Of a stretch of DNA of 51,776 nt, positions 46,241 to 51,776 are shown piece by piece. Every line of letters begins with the position of its first letter. Position 1 is the first letter of the stretch. A model generated the notes under the pieces. That model made no database searches and was not told the DNA's origin. It worked only from the letters and a program-made list of their open reading frames with translations. This DNA comes from Elusimicrobiota bacterium (lineage in GTDB: Bacteria; Elusimicrobiota; Elusimicrobia; Elusimicrobiales; UBA9959). The position numbers were made by a program, and so were the translations under genes. The stretch lies in assembly GCA_027340875.1 (NCBI GenBank), contig DAIENX010000100.1, forward strand, positions 1-51,776, written 5' to 3'.

Positions 46241-46375
46241 ATCCGAAGTGTATGATATCCTGACTTTCGCAGGCAGGGCCTTCCGGGGAACCCGGACATG
46301 GGTCCAAAGGCCTATCCCGCCCGCGTCCGGCCGCCACCTTTATAAACGCGCTTAAAAATTGTTTAATGGAACAAT

Positions 46376-49018
46376 ATGCTGAAAAAACTCGTTGAAACCA
46401 TAATCGGCTCCAAGAGCGAGCGGTCCATGAAAACGATACAACCCATCGTCGACCGCGTCAACGCGCTCGAGCCGGAGATCTCTAAGCTTTCCGACGAAGA
46501 GCTCAAGGCGAAGACGCCAGAGTTCAAGGACCGGATCGCCAACGGCGAGACGCTGGACGACGTTCTCCCCGAGGCCTTCGCCGTGGTGCGCGAGGCCGGC
46601 CGCCGCGTGCTGAAAATGCGCCACTACGACGTGCAGCTGATAGGCGGCATAGTACTGCACCAGGGCAAGATAGCAGAGATGCGCACCGGCGAGGGCAAGA
46701 CGCTGGTCGCCACGCTGCCGGCCTACCTGAACGGGCTGACCGGCAAGGGCGTGCACGTGGTCACCGTCAACGACTACCTGGCCAAGCGCGACAGCCAATG
46801 GATGGGCCCGCTGCACGAGTTCCTGGGGCTGACGGTGGGCTTCATCCAGCACGACATGAAGAACGAAGAGCGCCGCGAGATGTACAACCGCGACATCACC
46901 TACATCACCAACAACGAGGTCGGGTTCGACTACCTGCGCGACAACATGGTGATAGACAAGGAAGAGCGCGTGATGCGCGACCGCAACTACGCCATCATCG
47001 ACGAGGTGGACTCGATCCTGATAGACGAGGCCCGCACGCCGCTGATCATCTCCGGTCCTTCGGACGAGTCCACCGACAAGTACTACATCGTCAACCGCGT
47101 GATCCCGCTCTTGAACGTGCGTTTCATCACCGAGAAGGAGGAGATAGACGCCAAGCGCGACGGGGTGGACCTGGGCAAGGGCTACGACGCGATAGTGGAC
47201 GAGAAGAGCCACACCGCCACGCTGACCGAGGAAGGCGTGCACAAGGCCGAGAAGATCCTGGGCGTCGGCAACATCTACGACGACGTCTCCAGCGAATGGG
47301 CGCACCATCTGACGCAGGGCCTGCGCGCCTACCACTTGTTCAAGAAGGACGTGGCCTACGTGGTCAAGGACGGCGAGATCATCATCGTCGACGAGTTCAC
47401 CGGCCGCCTGATGCCGGGCCGCCGCTGGTCGGACGGCCTGCACCAGGCCATAGAGGCCAAGGAGAACCTCCGCATAAAGGAGGAGAACCAGACCCTGGCG
47501 ACCATCACGTTCCAGAACTACTTCAAGCTCTACAAGAAGCTCTCCGGCATGACCGGCACCGCGATGACGGAATCCGACGAGTTCTGGGAGATCTACGCGT
47601 TGGACGTCGTGGAGATACCGCCGAACCGGCCGCTGGTCCGCGTGGACTCGCCGGACCGCATCTACCGGACCGAGCGCGAGAAGAACAACGCGATAGTCGC
47701 CGAGATAGACGAGCGCTGGCGCAAGGGCCAGCCGCTGCTGGTCGGCACCCGCTCCATCGAGAAGTCCGAGAAGCTGGCCGCGATGCTGCGCACGAAGGGC
47801 ATCCCGCACCAGGTGCTGAACGCCAAGTACCACGAGATGGAGGCGCAGATAGTGGCGCAGGCCGGCCGCAAGGGCCAGGTGACGATAGCCACCAACATGG
47901 CCGGCCGCGGCACCGACATCATCCTGGGCGGCACTCCCCCGGACGACGGTCTGCAGAAGGAGGTCGCCGGCTTCGGCGGACTATGCGTGATAGGCACGGA
48001 GCGCCACGAGAGCCGCCGCATCGACAACCAGCTGCGCGGCCGCTGCGCCCGCCAAGGCGACCCCGGCAGTTCCGTTTTCTACGTCTCGCTAGAGGACGAG
48101 CTGATGCGTCTCTTCGGCAGCGACCGCATCTCGATGATCATGGAGAAGCTGGGCATGCAGGAGGGCGAGGTGATAGAGTCCGCCCTCGTCAGCCGCCAGA
48201 TAGAGGGCGCGCAGAAGCGCGTGGAAGGCATGAACTTCGACGCCCGCAAGCAGCTGCTGGACTACGACAACGTGATGAACAAGCAGCGCATGGCCGTCTA
48301 CGAGCTGCGCAACGCGGTGCTCGACGGCGAAGGCGTGCCGGAGCGCATCAAGAGCATGATCCACGAGGCCGTGGAGGAGCAGCTTGATACGAACGCCCCT
48401 ATGGACCAGGCTTCCGCGCTGTGGAACATGGAGGCGCTGACCGTCTGGCTGAAGAAGACCGCCGGCTTCGACCTGTCCTACACCCAGGACGAACAGCACG
48501 CGCTGACGCGCCCCGTGCTGCAGGAAGAGGTGATGAAGCGGGTGGACGCGGCCTACGAGAAGCGCTTCTCCGACTTCGCCGAGCGCAACGTGAACTTCGC
48601 CGAGCTGCAGCGGGTCCTGCTGCTGCAGATCATGGACCATATCTGGAAGAACCACCTGTTCGAGCTGGACCACCTGAAGAAGGGCGTGGGCCTGCGCGCC
48701 TACGGCCAGAAGGACCCGCTGATAGAGTACCAGAAGGAATCCTACCAGCTGTTCGAGAGCATGCTGGCGCGCGTGCGCGACCAGATGGTGGAGTACGTCT
48801 TCCGCATACAGCTGCCGCCGCGGCCGGTGCCGCAGCCGGTGGTCAGGGCGGCCGCGCCGGCGCAGGCGGCCCCGCAGGGCGCGCCGCGCCTCGGCGGCCA
48901 GCCGGCGGAGCCGCAGAAGCCGTCCGGCAAGTTCATAGACGAGAAGATAGGGCGCAACGACCCGTGCCCCTGCGGCTCGGGCAAGAAGTACAAGAAGTGC
49001 CACGGGGCCAACGCGTAG
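46376..49018 (+). CDS. secA: Preprotein translocase subunit SecA
   Basis: [67 protein letters not shown]. Confidence 0.99.
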   Translation: MLKKLVETIIGSKSERSMKTIQPIVDRVNALEPEISKLSDEELKAKTPEFKDRIANGETLDDVLPEAFAVVREAGRRVLKMRHYDVQLIGGIVLHQGKIAEMRTGEGKTLVATLPAYLNGLTGKGVHVVTVNDYLAKRDSQWMGPLHEFLGLTVGFIQHDMKNEERREMYNRDITYITNNEVGFDYLRDNMVIDKEERVMRDRNYAIIDEVDSILIDEARTPLIISGPSDESTDKYYIVNRVIPLLNVRFITEKEEIDAKRDGVDLGKGYDAIVDEKSHTATLTEEGVHKAEKILGVGNIYDDVSSEWAHHLTQGLRAYHLFKKDVAYVVKDGEIIIVDEFTGRLMPGRRWSDGLHQAIEAKENLRIKEENQTLATITFQNYFKLYKKLSGMTGTAMTESDEFWEIYALDVVEIPPNRPLVRVDSPDRIYRTEREKNNAIVAEIDERWRKGQPLLVGTRSIEKSEKLAAMLRTKGIPHQVLNAKYHEMEAQIVAQAGRKGQVTIATNMAGRGTDIILGGTPPDDGLQKEVAGFGGLCVIGTERHESRRIDNQLRGRCARQGDPGSSVFYVSLEDELMRLFGSDRISMIMEKLGMQEGEVIESALVSRQIEGAQKRVEGMNFDARKQLLDYDNVMNKQRMAVYELRNAVLDGEGVPERIKSMIHEAVEEQLDTNAPMDQASALWNMEALTVWLKKTAGFDLSYTQDEQHALTRPVLQEEVMKRVDAAYEKRFSDFAERNVNFAELQRVLLLQIMDHIWKNHLFELDHLKKGVGLRAYGQKDPLIEYQKESYQLFESMLARVRDQMVEYVFRIQLPPRPVPQPVVRAAAPAQAAPQGAPRLGGQPAEPQKPSGKFIDEKIGRNDPCPCGSGKKYKKCHGANA

Positions 49019-49151
49019 GCCTCCCTGCGGGAGAGGTTCATAAAAACACGGCGTCGCGCACACCGTGCGCGCGCCTCGTCACTCGGCCTCGTCGCTTACG
49101 CAAGCCTCGGCCTCCGCGACGGTTTTTCTGCCCCTCTCCCGCAGGAAGGCC
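49018..49151 (-). repeat. Structured intergenic element, copy C
   Basis: 19-bp terminal IR GGCCTCCCTGCGGGAGAGG/CCTCTCCCGCAGGAAGGCC around the shared core at 49047-49122. Confidence 0.8.
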
Positions 49152-49165
49152 GTAGCTGAAAAATA

Positions 49166-50668
49166 ATGAAAAAGGTTACGGGGATCTTATTGCCGGCGGC
49201 GACCTCGCTACTGCTGGTCCTGAGTTACCCGAAGTTCGACCAAGGGTGGCTGGCGTGGGGGGCGCTGGGGCCGCTGGCGTATTTTCTGCTTAAGTCGCAG
49301 ACCTTCAAAAGCGCGGCGCTGGGCGGTCTGGGCTGCGGCCTCCTTTCCTACCTGGGCATTCTTTACTGGATCTATCCCACCATGCGGGCCGGCGGCGTGG
49401 GGCCGCTGGTGTCGGTGCTAGGCCTCGTTCTGCTGGCGCTGACGCTGTCGCTCGAGTTCCTGGCGGTCTCGGCGTACGGCTACTGGCTGAAGCGCGCCGG
49501 CCTGAAGGCCTGGCCGTACCTTTTCGCGGCGGGCTGGTTCGTGCTGGAGTACGGCAAGGTGCTGCTCAGCCGCAAGGCGGTCTGGTTCCCGTGGTTCATG
49601 CTGGGCTACACGCAGTGGGACTACAAGCCGCTGATACAGATAGCCTCCGTCACCGGGGTCTACGGCCTTTCCGCCGCGGTCTGCTTTACGGGCTCTCTTG
49701 CCGGGGCGCTGCTGTCGCGCGACCTGCGGCCCGCGGCGAGAGCGCTGCGTTTCCTGCCGGCCGTCGGAGTCGTTGGGCTTCTTTTTATGTACGGCCATTC
49801 CGCCCTGAAGAGGTCGATGGAGATGCGGCCCGTCAAAGAGGTGAAGGCGGTGCTGCTGCAGCCCTCGGTGGACCAGTACGCCAAGTGGGACCCTTACGAG
49901 GAGGGGAATATCGAGGCGCAGATCTCCGGGCTGCTCGCCGGCGCCAAAGGCGCGGAGCTGGCTATCTGGCCGGAGAACGCCCTGCCCTGCTGGATAGACG
50001 ATCCTGCCTGCGCGGCCTGGCTGAAGAAGACCGTAGCCGGCTCCCGCGCGGAAGCCAGCCTGGTAGGGTCGGTCTCCAAGGGGGAGGGAAAGCACGTCTC
50101 CGCCTACCTGCTGGACAGCTCCGGCACTATAACCGCATCCTATAACAAGCGGCAGCTGGTGCCTTTCGGCGAATACGTGCCGCTGCGTGACTTCCTGGGC
50201 GGCTTCATCAAGCCGGTGGCCGAGCTGGGTGAGTTCGAGCCGGGCGCCCCGGAGCAGGGCCTGATGGGGCTTTCCGGCCTGCATATAGGCGCGGCCATCT
50301 GCTACGAATCCATCTTCCCTTACCTCTTCGCGGACGATACCCGCGCCGGCGCGGACCTCTTCGTCAACGTCACCAACGACGGCTGGTACCTGGACACGGC
50401 CGCGCCTTACCAGCATTTCATAGCCAACATCTTCAGGGCCGTGGAGAACCGCAGGTCCGTGGCGCGGGCCGCGAACAACGGCATCTCCGGTGTGATAGAC
50501 CCGTGGGGGCGCGTTCTGGCGAAGACGGAGCTTAACGAGCGCGCGGCGCTCGAAGCGGGCGTGCCCGTCTACGATATCAAGGCTTTTTTCCCGGAACACG
50601 GGGGGCAGCTGGCGCTCGGAGCGCTGATGGCGGTGTCGGCGTTCCTGCTGGCCCTGCTGCTGATCTGA
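49166..50668 (+). CDS. lnt: Apolipoprotein N-acyltransferase
   Basis: FPW..LGY.Q, WPE, YNK..LVPFGEYVP, ICYESIFP, TNDGWY, RAVEN.R, RAANNGIS. Confidence 0.95.
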   Translation: MKKVTGILLPAATSLLLVLSYPKFDQGWLAWGALGPLAYFLLKSQTFKSAALGGLGCGLLSYLGILYWIYPTMRAGGVGPLVSVLGLVLLALTLSLEFLAVSAYGYWLKRAGLKAWPYLFAAGWFVLEYGKVLLSRKAVWFPWFMLGYTQWDYKPLIQIASVTGVYGLSAAVCFTGSLAGALLSRDLRPAARALRFLPAVGVVGLLFMYGHSALKRSMEMRPVKEVKAVLLQPSVDQYAKWDPYEEGNIEAQISGLLAGAKGAELAIWPENALPCWIDDPACAAWLKKTVAGSRAEASLVGSVSKGEGKHVSAYLLDSSGTITASYNKRQLVPFGEYVPLRDFLGGFIKPVAELGEFEPGAPEQGLMGLSGLHIGAAICYESIFPYLFADDTRAGADLFVNVTNDGWYLDTAAPYQHFIANIFRAVENRRSVARAANNGISGVIDPWGRVLAKTELNERAALEAGVPVYDIKAFFPEHGGQLALGALMAVSAFLLALLLI

Positions 50669-51564
50669 TGAAGATAGTATTCTCGAAGGAATATACCGCG
50701 CGCACGCCGGGGCACGTCTTCAGGGCGGATAAGTTCGAGGCGGCGCTGAAACTCCTGCTGCGCGAAGGCGCCGTACGGAAGAAGGATATAGCGGAGCCTC
50801 CCGCGCCGTCCAGGGCGGACCTGCTGCTCGCGCACGGCCCGGCCTGGGTACGGAAATGCCTGGCTTCCGGCTTCACCGAGGCGGATTCCGAAAAGGCTGA
50901 AATGAATATAACCCGCGCCGTGGTCAGGGCGCACCTCGCCAATACGGGCGGGACCATGCTGGCCGCGGAGCTGGCGTTAAAGGACGGCATAGGCATCAAC
51001 TGCGGCGGCGGGGGGCACCACGCTTTCAGGGACCATGGCGAGGGGTTCTGTCTCGTAAACGACATGGCGGTGGCGGTAAAGAAGCTGCTGAAGGAAAAGA
51101 AGATAAAGCGCGCCATGGTGATAGACCTGGACGCGCATCAGGGCAACGGAACGGCCGCTATCTTCAGGGGGGACAGGCGCGTCTTCACTTTCTCCATGCA
51201 CGGGGCGGAGATATATCCCGAACGCAAGGAAAAAAGTTCGCTGGATATAGAACTTAAGTCTGGCACCGGGGACGCGGCCTACCTGGCCGCGCTGCGCGGC
51301 GAGCTGCCGCGCGTCCTGGACAGGTTCAGGCCGGACCTAGCGGTCTACGTCGCCGGCGCGGACGTATACGGGAAAGACCTGCTGGGCGGTTTCGGGTTGA
51401 CGATGGGCGGGATAAAGAAGCGGGACGCCTTCGTGTTCGCCGAGTGCCGCCGCCGCGGCATACCTGTCGCGCTCGTTCTCTCCGGGGGGTACTCTAAAAA
51501 GTTCGCCGACACCGTCCGCATCCACGCCAATACCATGAAAGAGGCGCTTAAATCCCGGCCTTAG
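50668..51564 (+). CDS. Histone deacetylase family protein
   Basis: GGGHHA, GFC..ND, DLDAHQGNGT, GAD, GGY. Confidence 0.94.
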   Translation: MKIVFSKEYTARTPGHVFRADKFEAALKLLLREGAVRKKDIAEPPAPSRADLLLAHGPAWVRKCLASGFTEADSEKAEMNITRAVVRAHLANTGGTMLAAELALKDGIGINCGGGGHHAFRDHGEGFCLVNDMAVAVKKLLKEKKIKRAMVIDLDAHQGNGTAAIFRGDRRVFTFSMHGAEIYPERKEKSSLDIELKSGTGDAAYLAALRGELPRVLDRFRPDLAVYVAGADVYGKDLLGGFGLTMGGIKKRDAFVFAECRRRGIPVALVLSGGYSKKFADTVRIHANTMKEALKSRP

Positions 51565-51626
51565 ACATGGAACAAAAGCGCAGCCGGCCTTTCGACCGGC
51601 CGTGCCTGTATTTCCCGCGCTGCCGG

Positions 51627-51776
51627 CTAGGCCCGCGGCGCGCCGCTGCCTGTGCCGCTGCGTGCTTCCTTCAGCGCCTGTTTCAGGTCGCTTATCTCCC
51701 GGTCCTTTTCATTGAGGGCGGCCGCGGCGGATTTGTTGAAGACGTTCATTTCCAGCATCTCCATGGAGATGGAGGA
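51627..51776 (-). CDS. C-terminal fragment of a coiled-coil protein (5' partial)
   Basis: Open frame to window end: SSISMEMLEMNVFNKSAAAALNEKDREISDLKQALKEARSGTGSGAPRA*. Confidence 0.6.
   Translation of the reverse strand, partial: SSISMEMLEMNVFNKSAAAALNEKDREISDLKQALKEARSGTGSGAPRA

Overview
High-GC bacterial chromosome segment, mostly housekeeping and envelope genes. The protein style suggests Elusimicrobiota, but this is an impression and was not tested. In order: 3' end of an IS30-family element next to tRNA-Glu(CTC) and tRNA-Thr(TGT); several secreted proteins, including a signal-peptide-bearing barstar; DJ-1/PfpI; a complete eight-gene shikimate operon; prfB without a frameshift; tatD; a split B12-dependent methionine synthase; WG-repeat protein; coaD; FecR-domain protein; the TIGR03916/TIGR03915 DNA-repair pair; a DMT transporter; B12 radical SAM; transglutaminase-like and L,D-transpeptidase-like proteins; an S1-domain protein; udk; three peptidases; a surface-glycan cluster; trmL; secA; lnt; and an HDAC-family protein. 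I see no CRISPR array, prophage or recognisable defence system. The strongest unexplained signals lie outside the gene calls. (1) A dispersed family of four structured intergenic elements shows compensatory base-pair changes and a consistent G-U folding strand. (2) An orphan near-consensus sigma70 promoter drives a ~46-nt hairpin transcript. (3) At least eight genes have leaderless architecture (TANNNT-N6/7-ATG). (4) Three unrelated secreted proteins share a [DE]FxxxSLxxxx[IL] motif just after the signal peptide, and a GGNCC-based DNA motif recurs upstream of some of these genes. All calls come from reading the sequence by eye; whether any of this is novel is untested.
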